From Methanobacteriota archaeon (GTDB lineage Archaea > Thermoplasmatota > Thermoplasmata > RBG-16-68-12): a stretch of DNA of 64,000 bases. The translations under genes were made by a program, and so were the position numbers. The notes beneath the pieces are model-generated. The model was not told the origin of the DNA. It saw nothing but the letters and a program-made list of their open reading frames with translations, and searched no databases. Numbering within the stretch: the stretch's first letter is position 1; every line of letters starts with the position of its first letter. The DNA lies in the NCBI GenBank assembly GCA_005878665.1, contig VBLR01000114.1, positions 3,945 through 67,944 on the forward strand. The letters are read 5' to 3'. Of this stretch, positions 47,375-56,643 are shown one piece after another.

Positions 47375-47808
47375 ATGGAAATGGCTGGCAAAGCGAAGTC
47401 GGGCGGGGTTGGAGAGGGTACGCGCGAGCATCCGTGGCATCTCAAGACGCCGAGCGGAACGTCGGAGTTTCTGGCGTTCCGTGACGAGACGCTCGATCCG
47501 CCCGCGCTTGTCGTCAAGTCCGGGAGCACGGAACTCCGATATCACCTCCGGTGCATCAACGACCTGCATTCGATGCTCAAGTCTCGCGGCGATTGGATGC
47601 CTCTCGGGAGTGCGGACGAGCAGAAGCCGGCGGCGGAAGGAACCATCGAGGCCTGGGGTCGGTCCCCGAAGAATCCGGTCGGCGGTGGTACGGATTGAAG
47701 AAAGGACTCCGCGGGCGATTCGGCATGTACGTGCCCCCGGTCCTGGAAATTCTCCGCCTGGCCGAAGTCGAACACAACCCGAAGAACAACCGGATGAAGG
47801 CGTTGTAG
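47375..47808 (+). pseudogene. Frameshifted conserved hypothetical gene (DUF6855-like)
   Basis: Frame 1 ends ...AWGRSPKNPVGG; the -1 frame continues WYGLKKGLRGRFGMYVPP...HNPKNNRMKAL; one base is missing near 47685. Confidence 0.7.
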
Positions 47809-47908
47809 CCGGCCTTCCCGCACGCTCTCAGATCGCTCGCCTCTCATGAGCGGTGATCGAGCCCTGCGGTCCGATTGGAAGTCTCCTCTCCGTCAACGCC
47901 GACGAACC

Positions 47909-47979
47909 GTCTGGACAGTACGTTTAAATAACGCGGTTGCCATACGATTGTCAGACAAAATTACCCAAGACGTCGGACG
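47909..47979 (+). promoter_or_regulatory. Promoter of RHH-ftsZ with GTC-N-GAC palindromes
   Basis: TATA TTTAAATA 47923-30; TTGTCAGACAA 47948-58, CGTCGGACG 47971-79, GTCTGGAC 47909-16. Confidence 0.45.
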
Positions 47980-47994
47980 CGGACTGGGGTCCAT

Positions 47995-48312
47995 ATGCCA
48001 TCGGAATCCGAGCGGGTGACGATCCGAATTCCCCCGGACAAGATCAAGGCGCTGCATCAGCTGGTCAAGAGCGGCGACTTCACGACGATCTCCGACGCGA
48101 TTCGCGCGGCGATCGACCGCTTCATCGACGTGAAATTCGCGCCGGACTACATCCGCAAGCTCATGATCGAACTGCCGAAGGGGAACGTCGTGGATCTCCA
48201 GCAGCTCGTGAAATCGGGTGATTCGGTGTCCGTGGAGGACGCGGTCCGCAACGCGGTCCGGGAGTATGTCCGACGTCGGCTCCACAAGGCCATAGAAGGG
48301 GCCGAGCGATAG
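47995..48312 (+). CDS. Tandem ribbon-helix-helix regulator (CdrS-like)
   Basis: ERVTIRIP...LVKSGDF.TISDAIRAAI, with a second repeat LVKSGD..SVEDAVRNAV; directly upstream of ftsZ. Confidence 0.82.
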   Translation: MPSESERVTIRIPPDKIKALHQLVKSGDFTTISDAIRAAIDRFIDVKFAPDYIRKLMIELPKGNVVDLQQLVKSGDSVSVEDAVRNAVREYVRRRLHKAIEGAER

Positions 48313-48380
48313 TCGACGTGGCGGGAACGCGCGACCCCTCAGGCGCGCGAGCAGGGCGGTTCTCCCCAGGGCCGTTCGGG

Positions 48381-49478
48381 ATGGAATCAGGGATGGGCCT
48401 CGACACGGCGCAGCGCACCGGAAACCGGTCGTTCCTCGACTCGTTTGGCTTCGCCCGCCCGAAGGTCTTAGTGATCGGATGCGGCGGCGCGGGCGGCAAC
48501 TCCGTCCATCGTCTTCACCGCATGGGGATCCGCGGAGCCCGAACGGTGGTCGTGAACACGGACGCGGTGCACCTCGATTCGATTCAGGCAGACCGCAAAC
48601 TCCTGATCGGCGGGGGCGTGACCCATGGAATGGGGGCGGGCGGGCGGCCGGAAATCGGCGAACGTTGCGCCGAGATCTCGGAGCAAGAACTCCGGAACCA
48701 GATCGGTGATGCGGACCTCACGTTCATCACGGTCGGCCTGGGCGGAGGCACGGGGACCGGCGTCGCGCCCCATGTGGCGGAACTCGCGCAGGCTGCCGGC
48801 AGCGTCGTGATCACCTTGGCGACGACCCCGTTCCGAGCCGAACGTGGCCGGATGGCGAACGCACGCGCGGGTATCCAACGCCTCCGGGACCGAACGGATT
48901 CACTGATCCTCCTCGATAATAACCGCTTGCTGGACCTCGTCCCGAATCTCCCGGTCGAGCAGGCCTTTGCCGTCATGGACCATCTGATCGGCGAAGTGGT
49001 CAAGGGCATCACCGAATCGATCACGGTCCCTTCGCTGATCAACCTGGACTTCAGCGACGTGCGCACGATCCTTCAATCGGGCGGCACCTCCACGGTCTTC
49101 TACGGGGAGAACGAGGACCACGACCCGGATCGGCTCGTTCGAGACACCCTTGACAACCCGCTCCTCGAGGTCGACTACCGCGGGGCGAACGGCGCGCTCA
49201 TCCACATCAGCGCCGGCCCGGGCCTCCCGCTCCGCACGGCGCACGAGGTCGTCGAGGGCTTGACGGCCGCGATGCGCCCCGAAGCGAACGTCATCTTCGG
49301 GGTCCGGGTTGATCGGAAGTACCGCGGGATCCTGCGAGTCCTCGTGATCATGACAGGGGTTCGATCGCCGCTCGCGGAGGCGGTGAGCGAATCGGTTTCA
49401 ATCGCGGACGTCGTCTCGGAGGGGGGCTCGCGACGAACGGTCGAGAACGAGTTTCCTCCGACGAACCGCCGGCGCTAA
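48381..49478 (+). CDS. ftsZ: Cell division protein FtsZ
   Basis: IGCGGAGGN, VNTD, GMGAGG.PE.G, GLGGGTGTG, PF..E, INLDFSD; start uncertain (48318-48393). Confidence 0.93.
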   Translation: MESGMGLDTAQRTGNRSFLDSFGFARPKVLVIGCGGAGGNSVHRLHRMGIRGARTVVVNTDAVHLDSIQADRKLLIGGGVTHGMGAGGRPEIGERCAEISEQELRNQIGDADLTFITVGLGGGTGTGVAPHVAELAQAAGSVVITLATTPFRAERGRMANARAGIQRLRDRTDSLILLDNNRLLDLVPNLPVEQAFAVMDHLIGEVVKGITESITVPSLINLDFSDVRTILQSGGTSTVFYGENEDHDPDRLVRDTLDNPLLEVDYRGANGALIHISAGPGLPLRTAHEVVEGLTAAMRPEANVIFGVRVDRKYRGILRVLVIMTGVRSPLAEAVSESVSIADVVSEGGSRRTVENEFPPTNRRR

Positions 49479-49480
49479 TC

Positions 49481-50167
49481 TCACCGGGCGGGAGGCGGCG
49501 GTAGCATGGCCACGGAAGGTGCGTCTTCTTCCATCGCCTGGGCCAAGTGCTTCGGCTTGAGGCGAACGCGAATCGTCTCGGGTTTCGGCTTGATCATGTT
49601 CCATCCGGCCCGGGTCACGGCCCCACCGACCATCGCGAGGACGACGTACATCCCGAACGTCAGGAACGTGATGGCGACCGGCTGCAGAATGCCGCCCAAA
49701 TCGAAGTTGAGCTGGAGGCCCGCGGTTGGGTCCCCTAGGCTGTCGCCCGAACGAGTTTGCATGGGCACCGCTTCGACCTGAGCGACGGCGCGACTTTCCT
49801 TTCCGTTGCCGTCGCTGATGATCAGGCTGACTTGATAGACGCTCGCATTCGCGTACGTGTGAGGGCCGGGATTCCGGCCTTGGACGCGGGTCCCGTCCCC
49901 GAAGTTCCAATCCCATGACGCGATCGCGACGTCTCCTTGTCGGGATGTGTCTTGGACGGTCGTCGTGTTCGAGCCGTTTGTGTCCCAGGTGAAGGACGCG
50001 CTTGGGCCCTGGGGAGTCTGCTGCGGGAACTGGCCTCGGAAGAAGTCTCCCGGAGCCGTCGCGATGGTCAGCGCGTGGGAAAAGGTGAACAGCAGAAGGC
50101 CCAAACCGAGGGCGAGGACGCCGATTCCGATGAGGAGCTCCGCGTGCTCCCGCCTGAGGAGGGCCAT
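49481..50167 (-). CDS. Membrane protein with extracellular PKD domain
   Basis: Two TM helices flanking SWDWNFGDG...HTY....YQVSL. Confidence 0.8.
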   Translation of the reverse strand: MALLRREHAELLIGIGVLALGLGLLLFTFSHALTIATAPGDFFRGQFPQQTPQGPSASFTWDTNGSNTTTVQDTSRQGDVAIASWDWNFGDGTRVQGRNPGPHTYANASVYQVSLIISDGNGKESRAVAQVEAVPMQTRSGDSLGDPTAGLQLNFDLGGILQPVAITFLTFGMYVVLAMVGGAVTRAGWNMIKPKPETIRVRLKPKHLAQAMEEDAPSVAMLPPPPAR

Positions 50168-50241
50168 CGGCGCGCTCGATGGGGGCGAGGTCCATAAAGC
50201 CGGGAGTTTTGGTTCTCAAGTTCGAGAAAGGAGAATACTTG

Positions 50242-52140
50242 TTACCCTCGAAAGACCGGACGGGCGCTCAACAGTGCCGGTTCCGCCAACGGCCGGAATG
50301 GGAGGCCTTTTGTCTCGGCGAGGATCCGCTTTCGGAGGACGTCGACTGACATCTCCGTCTGCTCTTTCGTCTCCCGCACCCGGACGTTGAGGGTCCCGCT
50401 GTCGATTTCCTGCTTCCCAATCACTGCGATGTACGGAACCCATTCCTTCTCCGCGGTCCGGATTTTCTTCGAGAGCGTGTCGCCCGAGTCGTCGAGGTCG
50501 GCGCGCACATCGGGGAGGCGGTCGAGCAAGGTTCGGGCATAGTCAAGCTGGTCGGCGCTCACGGGGACGATCCGGACTTGAGTCGGCGAGAGCCAGACCG
50601 GGAGCATCGCCGTCTTGCCGGCCTTCGCCGCCGCGGCGGCCTTCTCCAGGAGCGCATAGAGCACCCGTTCGACCGCGCCGCTCGGGGAGAGATGCAGGAT
50701 GAGCGGGTGGCGTTTCTTGCCCGCTTCGTCCGTGAACGTGATGCCGAATCGTTCCGCGTTCTCCGTGTCGATTTGGTCCGTCGTGAGGGCCGCGGCCTTG
50801 TCGTTCGCGTCGACGAAATTCCATTCATACTTCATGACGAAGTAAAAGAACTGGTCGGACCACATCTCGACGAGGATCGGCTTGCCCCATCGCTTCGCGT
50901 AGGCGGCGACGAAATCCTTGTTCGCATCCCAGAACGCCTTCGTCACGCGCATCCCGACTTCGAAATCGTCCGGCATCGAAAGGCCGCAGTCCTCGAGGAG
51001 ATTCCATGCGACCTCGAAGCGGACCATGAATTCCTCCTTCGCCATCTCGACATCGGACACGAGGGCGTGGCAGTCCGGCATCGTGAACGCCCGCAGCCGA
51101 CGAAGGCCGGCGACCTCGCCGCGCTGTTCCGCGCGGAACGAATACCTCGTTAGCTCGTATAGGGAGAGGGGGAGCTGCTTGTACGAGATCACCATGTCCT
51201 TCATGATCAGGAACTGTCCGAAGCACGCGCTGAACCGCAGGAACGCCCGCTTGTTCGGCGTCAGGACGACGTACTGCCGGGCGGGGAAGCGCTCCAGATA
51301 CGACTTCAGCGCGGGGTGCTCGAAGTCGTACATGACGGGGCACTCGACTTCCATTGTGCCGTACTCCCGGAGCCGTTCCGTGACGAACTCTTCCAAGAGG
51401 CCTTTGATCAACCGACCTTTCGGATAGTACCGCAGGTTCCCGGGATCGGACCCGGGTTCGTAGTCGACGAGTTCGAGCTCCCGCATGAGCCGGACGTGGG
51501 GCGGCTCCTCCTTCGCCTCCCGCGACTTCGCCATCTCGTACGTCGCGAACCGCCGAAGCCGGTCGTGGCCCTCGAAATGGAAACCGCTCACCTTGCCGTC
51601 TTTGATGGAGAGGTGATGGACCGCGCCGTTCGGCTCGAGGATGTGCCAGTGCGAGACGAGCTTCGCCTCCGCCTTCACCGCAGTGGAGAGCTCTTCCTTG
51701 CCCTCGGCGGTCGCATCGGCGACGATCTCGCGGGACAGCTCGCTGAGCGGGTGGCCCTTCACCGCGACTCGGAAGGACTTGTAGTATCCGAATGGGGAGG
51801 CGTGGACGTCTAGGCCTTGGGCGACGAGTTCCTTTTCGAGGGAGGCGATCAGTTCTTGCGCGGGGCCCGGCGCGGCGAGGGACGAACTCAGGTGGGCGTA
51901 GGGATAGAGGACGATCCGCTTCGTCCGGACCTGGCCCGCGACGTCGACGATATTCGCGGCCGCGGCGTTCGCGACCCCAGCGAGATTCGTCTCGTCGCGT
52001 TTCTCCGCACTGATGAAGCACACGAGGGCCTCTTCGATCCGACCATGCCGTTTCGATTGCGAGACGTCGGGGACGCCTTTGAGCGCCTTCTCCCTCACCT
52101 CGTACTCGAGGTAATCCACATGGAGGAACAGGATCCGCAT
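50242..52140 (-). CDS. thrS: Threonine--tRNA ligase (archaeal type with N-terminal editing domain)
   Basis: MRILFLHVD, YPYAHLS, PFGYYK, GHPLSELSR, LRFSACFG, RLRAFTMPD.H, PVWLSPTQVR. Confidence 0.96.
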   Translation of the reverse strand: MRILFLHVDYLEYEVREKALKGVPDVSQSKRHGRIEEALVCFISAEKRDETNLAGVANAAAANIVDVAGQVRTKRIVLYPYAHLSSSLAAPGPAQELIASLEKELVAQGLDVHASPFGYYKSFRVAVKGHPLSELSREIVADATAEGKEELSTAVKAEAKLVSHWHILEPNGAVHHLSIKDGKVSGFHFEGHDRLRRFATYEMAKSREAKEEPPHVRLMRELELVDYEPGSDPGNLRYYPKGRLIKGLLEEFVTERLREYGTMEVECPVMYDFEHPALKSYLERFPARQYVVLTPNKRAFLRFSACFGQFLIMKDMVISYKQLPLSLYELTRYSFRAEQRGEVAGLRRLRAFTMPDCHALVSDVEMAKEEFMVRFEVAWNLLEDCGLSMPDDFEVGMRVTKAFWDANKDFVAAYAKRWGKPILVEMWSDQFFYFVMKYEWNFVDANDKAAALTTDQIDTENAERFGITFTDEAGKKRHPLILHLSPSGAVERVLYALLEKAAAAAKAGKTAMLPVWLSPTQVRIVPVSADQLDYARTLLDRLPDVRADLDDSGDTLSKKIRTAEKEWVPYIAVIGKQEIDSGTLNVRVRETKEQTEMSVDVLRKRILAETKGLPFRPLAEPALLSARPVFRG

Positions 52141-52226
52141 GGCCGCCCGCTTATCGTTCGGAGGTATAAAGCTCCTGCCGGACCGTCGCACATCGTGAAA
52201 TAGGAATCCGCCGTTGTTCGTCCGAA

Positions 52227-53078
52227 ATGGCGGACGCCGCGAAGGTCTGGCGCCATCGGACGGGGGAGATCCGCCTCGACCGGACGCGCGTGATGGGGAT
52301 CCTCAATATCACCCCGGATTCGTTCTCCGATGGCGGGCGCTACTTCAATCCGGATGGAGCCATCCGCCATGGCCTCGAGATGGTGGAACACGGGGCCGAC
52401 CTCCTCGACGTGGGCGGCGAATCGACTCGACCCGGATCGGATCCCGTGTCGGCGGACGAAGAGTGGCGTCGGATCGGTCCGGTGATCCGCGACCTCGCCG
52501 CCAAGGTGGACGTGCCGTTGTCCGTCGATACGATGAAGCCCGAGGTGGCCGCGAAGGCGATTCACGCCGGCGCCTCCATCGTGAACGATGTCTCTGGAAT
52601 GCGGGAGCCGTCCATGGTGCGCGTCGTCGCCAGCAGCCGTGTCGGAGCCGTCGTGATGCACATGCTCGGCAATCCAAAGACGATGCAGGCCCACCCCCAA
52701 TACGACGATGTCGTTGGGGAGGTCCGCTCGTTCCTATCGGAGCGGATTCGGTTTCTCGAAGCCGCGGGCGTCCCTTCGGAGGCGGTCGCGGTGGATCCCG
52801 GAATCGGGTTTGGGAAGACCCAAGAGCACAACCTCGCTCTCCTCCGGAACCTTGATCAGATCGGGGCGCTCGGCCACCCGGTCGTGGTCGGCGTCTCGAG
52901 GAAATCGTTCATCGAGCGACTCGGCGGAGGGGAGTCCGGCGACCGTCTGCCGGGGAGTCTCGCGGCGGCCTCGCTGGCGGTGGTGAAGGGGGCCCACGTG
53001 GTCCGAGTCCACGATGTCCGCGAGACGGTCCGGGCGATGCGCGTGGCCGACGCGCTGGCTCGCGGTGAAAAGCTTTAA
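52227..53078 (+). CDS. folP: Dihydropteroate synthase
   Basis: MGILNITPDSFSDGG, DVGGESTRPG, NDVSG, DPGIGFGK, SRKSF, RVHDV. Confidence 0.95.
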   Translation: MADAAKVWRHRTGEIRLDRTRVMGILNITPDSFSDGGRYFNPDGAIRHGLEMVEHGADLLDVGGESTRPGSDPVSADEEWRRIGPVIRDLAAKVDVPLSVDTMKPEVAAKAIHAGASIVNDVSGMREPSMVRVVASSRVGAVVMHMLGNPKTMQAHPQYDDVVGEVRSFLSERIRFLEAAGVPSEAVAVDPGIGFGKTQEHNLALLRNLDQIGALGHPVVVGVSRKSFIERLGGGESGDRLPGSLAAASLAVVKGAHVVRVHDVRETVRAMRVADALARGEKL

Positions 53079-53101
53079 CCATTGAAACGATTCGTATCGT
53101 A

Positions 53102-54166
53102 ATGGTAACTCGGAAGGCCATCGCGTCGCTCCTCGAGGACTACGAGGACATCGTGGTCGCGACGGTCTGTTCGCATTCCTCGCTTCAGATTTTTCACGGC
53201 GCTCGGCAGGAGGGCTTCCGGACTCTCGGCATCGCGATCGGCCAACGGCCTCGGTTCTACGACGCCTTCCCTCTTGCGAAGCCCGACGAGTTTCTGATTG
53301 TCGATTCGTACGCCGATATCCTCGACCAAGCGGACGATCTGGTCGCTCGGCAGGCCGTGACCGTCCCGCACGGATCGTTCGTGGAGTACATGGGAGCGGA
53401 AGTGTTCGCGAAGCTGCGCATTCCGACCTTCGGAAATCGCGAGGTGCTCCGGTGGGAGTCGGACCGCGAGAAGCAACGGGAGTGGCTGACCTCGGCGGGC
53501 GTCCCGATGCCGCAGAAGATCGAGCACCCGAAGGACATCGATCGGCCGGTATTCGTGAAGTACTACGGGGCCAAAGGAGGCCGCGGCTCCTTCATCGCGA
53601 AGAACTACGAGGACTTCAAAGAGTCGATTCAGCCGGGAATGAAATTCGCGATTCAGGAGTATGTCGTCGGGACGCGGTACTACATTCACTACTTCTACTC
53701 GCCCTTCGCGACGGCCGGCTACATGCTCTCGAAGGGGGCGCTCGAGATGCTCGGGGTGGACCGGAGGGACGAGGCGAACATCGACGAAATGTACAAGCTC
53801 GGGGCCCAGGAAGCATTGCGGAAGATGGGGCTCCTCCCGACGTTCGTCGTGACGGGCAACATGCCGGTCGTCTTGCGGGAATCGCTCCTGCCGAAGGCGT
53901 TCGAGATGGGCGAGCGGGCCGTGGAGCGCTCGATTGCCTTGTTCGGCGGGATGATCGGACCATTCTGTCTGGAGACGATCGTGTCAGACAAGCTCGAATT
54001 CAAGGTATTCGAGATCTCCACGCGGATCGTCGCGGGGACGAACCTGTTCGTTGGCGGGTCGCCGTACGCCGATCTCCAAGAGCCGGGGATGTCGACGGGC
54101 CGCCGCATCGCGAGGGAGATCCGGATTGCTCAGAAACAAGGACGCCTGGTGGACATCCTCAGTTGA
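53102..54166 (+). CDS. purP: FAICAR synthetase PurP (ATP-grasp)
   Basis: SHSSLQIFHGA..EGF, PHGSFVEY, GAKGGRG, GN.P.VLRESLL, GPFCLE, EIS.RIVAGTN. Confidence 0.93.
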   Translation: MVTRKAIASLLEDYEDIVVATVCSHSSLQIFHGARQEGFRTLGIAIGQRPRFYDAFPLAKPDEFLIVDSYADILDQADDLVARQAVTVPHGSFVEYMGAEVFAKLRIPTFGNREVLRWESDREKQREWLTSAGVPMPQKIEHPKDIDRPVFVKYYGAKGGRGSFIAKNYEDFKESIQPGMKFAIQEYVVGTRYYIHYFYSPFATAGYMLSKGALEMLGVDRRDEANIDEMYKLGAQEALRKMGLLPTFVVTGNMPVVLRESLLPKAFEMGERAVERSIALFGGMIGPFCLETIVSDKLEFKVFEISTRIVAGTNLFVGGSPYADLQEPGMSTGRRIAREIRIAQKQGRLVDILS

Positions 54167-54253
54167 GAGAATCGCGGGCAGGCTACCACGAAATCATCCC
54201 AGAAAAGAGAGGGGAAACGCTTTTATGGCTTCGCCCAGCATGCGCGGCCAACT

Positions 54254-55090
54254 ATGGCCGACGACGCGGTGACCGTCGCGGTTGTCCTCCTCCTGGTTTC
54301 GCTCGGCATCGCGACCTTCCTCGAGACCCGCTACCTTCGAAAGAAGATGAAGAACCGTCGCGTCCGGACCGCGAAGCGCGACGACGAGGTCCAGGACAAC
54401 GCGCACAACGCAATCATCACGACGAAGGCCATCATGTCGAGCCTCGAGCTTCAGGGGATCCGTAGCGCGGAGGCCGACGCGTGGCTCCAAGAAGCCCAGA
54501 CCGCGAACGCGCGGCACAACTACCGGGTGGCAATGGACCTGACCTCGAAGGCGAAGGAGAGGCTGCTCGCGCTCAAGGCGGCGCAGGCGTCGAAGGGAGA
54601 TCTGGCGAAGCTCGATCGACTCTCCGCCGGCGCTTCGACGGACGAGATGACCACGAAGGAGATGTTGCAGAAGGAGATCCCGCCGCACATGCTCGAGTCG
54701 AAGTTCTCCATCGAGGTCGCCGGGATCGCGGTGGAACAAGGTCGCCTCGACGGGCGCGATGTGTCTCAGGCGACGGAGCTGTTAGAGTCCGCGAAGAATC
54801 GATTCGATGCGAAAGACTACGCCGCAGCGTTTTCGATCGCGCGGCAGTCGAAGCGTGCCGCTGCGGGGGAGCACGTCGACGTGTCCATCCCTGTGCCCGC
54901 CTCGCCGACGATTTCGACGCCCGGTGGCCGTCCGTGTCCGTCGTGTGGGGTCGCGCTCGAGGCAGATGACATGTTCTGTCGCAAGTGCGGTACACGCCTG
55001 ATGGCGGCAGCCGCGTGCCCCTCGTGCGGCGCGACTCTCCTTTCCGATGATGCGTTTTGTCCGAAGTGTGGCACGGCCGTTCGACAATGA
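54254..55090 (+). CDS. Membrane-anchored protein with C-terminal double zinc ribbon
   Basis: N-terminal TM helix; CPSCG...FCRKCG...CPSCG...FCPKCG. Confidence 0.8.
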   Translation: MADDAVTVAVVLLLVSLGIATFLETRYLRKKMKNRRVRTAKRDDEVQDNAHNAIITTKAIMSSLELQGIRSAEADAWLQEAQTANARHNYRVAMDLTSKAKERLLALKAAQASKGDLAKLDRLSAGASTDEMTTKEMLQKEIPPHMLESKFSIEVAGIAVEQGRLDGRDVSQATELLESAKNRFDAKDYAAAFSIARQSKRAAAGEHVDVSIPVPASPTISTPGGRPCPSCGVALEADDMFCRKCGTRLMAAAACPSCGATLLSDDAFCPKCGTAVRQ

Positions 55091-55146
55091 GGCTCGAGCG
55101 CGCCGCGGATAAACCTTAATTACGATGGCGTCCCATCCCACGCTCT

Positions 55147-55467
55147 ATGGCGATCGGAAGCGACATGGAACAAGCCCTCACCGCCCTCTACGGGGAGGAC
55201 CAAGTCGCTGCCGTCATCACGCTGAAAGTGGACACGAAAGAGGCGGACCGTATCGCCACAGAAATCGCGAAGTTCGAGGTGATCCAAGACGTCTTCCTTG
55301 TGACGGGGGACACGGACATCATCGCGAAAGCGCGGTTCAAGAACTATAAGGGGCTGAAGGACTTCGTCCTGTCGAACCTCGCCCCGATTCCGGGAATCAA
55401 GGACACGAAGACCCTGATGGTCGTGACGACCTACAAGGAAGCCGGGCAGTCGAGGGCGCAAAGTTGA
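55147..55467 (+). CDS. Stand-alone Lrp/AsnC ligand-binding (RAM) domain protein
   Basis: VFLVTGDTDIIAK...IPGIKDTKT. Confidence 0.85.
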   Translation: MAIGSDMEQALTALYGEDQVAAVITLKVDTKEADRIATEIAKFEVIQDVFLVTGDTDIIAKARFKNYKGLKDFVLSNLAPIPGIKDTKTLMVVTTYKEAGQSRAQS

Positions 55468-55497
55468 GGGCGACGAACATCGCCGGGAGATGGCCAG

Positions 55498-55752
55498 ATG
55501 GACACCGAAGCGAGGCTGAAGCAAATCATGGACGTCCTCGACCAGATCGCGGAAGACACCTCCGTCCCCCGGAACATCCGCCGCGGGGCCGCGGAAGCGA
55601 AGGCGCGCCTCGCGAAGAAGGGTGAAGCGCTCGACCTGCGTGTCACGAGCGCCATCATGATCATGGACGATCTGGCGAACGATCCGAACATCCCGCTCCA
55701 TGGTCGGACGCTGATCTGGAACGTGATTTCTCAGCTTGAGACCGTCAAGTAG
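55498..55752 (+). CDS. UPF0147 family protein
   Basis: IAEDTSVPRNIRR...DDLANDPNIPLHGRTLIW. Confidence 0.92.
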   Translation: MDTEARLKQIMDVLDQIAEDTSVPRNIRRGAAEAKARLAKKGEALDLRVTSAIMIMDDLANDPNIPLHGRTLIWNVISQLETVK

Positions 55753-55781
55753 GCTTAACTTCGGCCCCCAGATTATCCGCC

Positions 55782-56477
55782 GTGGCTGGGCTACAGGCTC
55801 TTATTCTCCTCGTCGTCGTGCCGGCGATCGCTTGGATGATTGCGCTCTTCTCGCTGCGGTCGGTGCACGAAGAACTCGCCCAAGAGGGGCCGGACGTGAC
55901 TCAGGGGACTTCGACAGGGCGAATCCTTGTTTTCCTGGGGTACTCGGGAACGCCTGTTGTGTTCGGGATCATCTCGTACATCCTGGCCCGGCCCGTTCTC
56001 GACGCCAGCGATGCCGTCGCTAACGCAAGCGTCGTGCGATTGGAACCGCTCCTGCTTTGGGCGACGTTCGCCTTTTCGGTCGCCTCGTGCTCGACCATCG
56101 CGGCACAAACCGGGATCGTCCGAAGTCGACTCGGGGCCTTTCTCGGGTCCGGGTTCGGTCGAGTACTCCCGCTGTCCGTCGTGCCGACGACGGCGGTCGT
56201 GTTCGCGCTTGTCTTGCTACTTCTTCTCCTGGCGTACACGGACTCCGTCCTGGCGGGTGCTCCGGTCGCTTCGGATTCTGCTTTGTCCGGTGCCATCGGT
56301 AGCTTCCAGGCCTTCGCCGTAGGCACGGTCGCGTTTCCGGTTGCCGCCGGGTTCTCGAACCGAATCCGAGATCTCAGTCAGCGAGGCTTTACACGCGCGC
56401 TTTTGCTCATGGAGATTGGTGAGCTTCCGGTCCTCGTCGGGTTGGTCCAAGCTTTCCTTGCCGTGGGCTCCTTGTGA
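55782..56477 (+). CDS. 6-TM membrane protein resembling a triplicated A/V-ATPase proteolipid (c/K)
   Basis: Three hairpin repeats GRILVFLGYSGTPVVFG / GRVLPLSVVPTTAVVFA / TRALLLMEIGELPVLVG. Confidence 0.5.
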   Translation: MAGLQALILLVVVPAIAWMIALFSLRSVHEELAQEGPDVTQGTSTGRILVFLGYSGTPVVFGIISYILARPVLDASDAVANASVVRLEPLLLWATFAFSVASCSTIAAQTGIVRSRLGAFLGSGFGRVLPLSVVPTTAVVFALVLLLLLLAYTDSVLAGAPVASDSALSGAIGSFQAFAVGTVAFPVAAGFSNRIRDLSQRGFTRALLLMEIGELPVLVGLVQAFLAVGSL

Positions 56478-56521
56478 CCCATACGAATTCAAAAATACTC
56501 CTGCGGTTGTGTCGCACGCGA

Positions 56522-56624
56522 GCGGGGCTAGTCTAGTGGTAGGACAGAAGCTTCCCAAGGTCCGCCGGCCGGCCCATCGGGCCGGAACGAGCTTCTAACG
56601 CGGGTTCGATTCCCGCGCCCCGCA
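56522..56624 (+). tRNA. tRNA-Gly(CCC) with a 32-nt intron at 37/38 (56558-56589)
   Basis: Acceptor stem GCGGGGC/GCCCCGC+A, D-loop AGTGGTA, anticodon stem AGAAGC/GCTTCT around TTCCCA, T-arm GCGGGTTCGATTCCCGC; BHB motif CAA bulge, TTCC/GGAA helix, CGA bulge. Confidence 0.93.
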
Positions 56625-56643
56625 CATCTCGGGTCCGAGCGGC

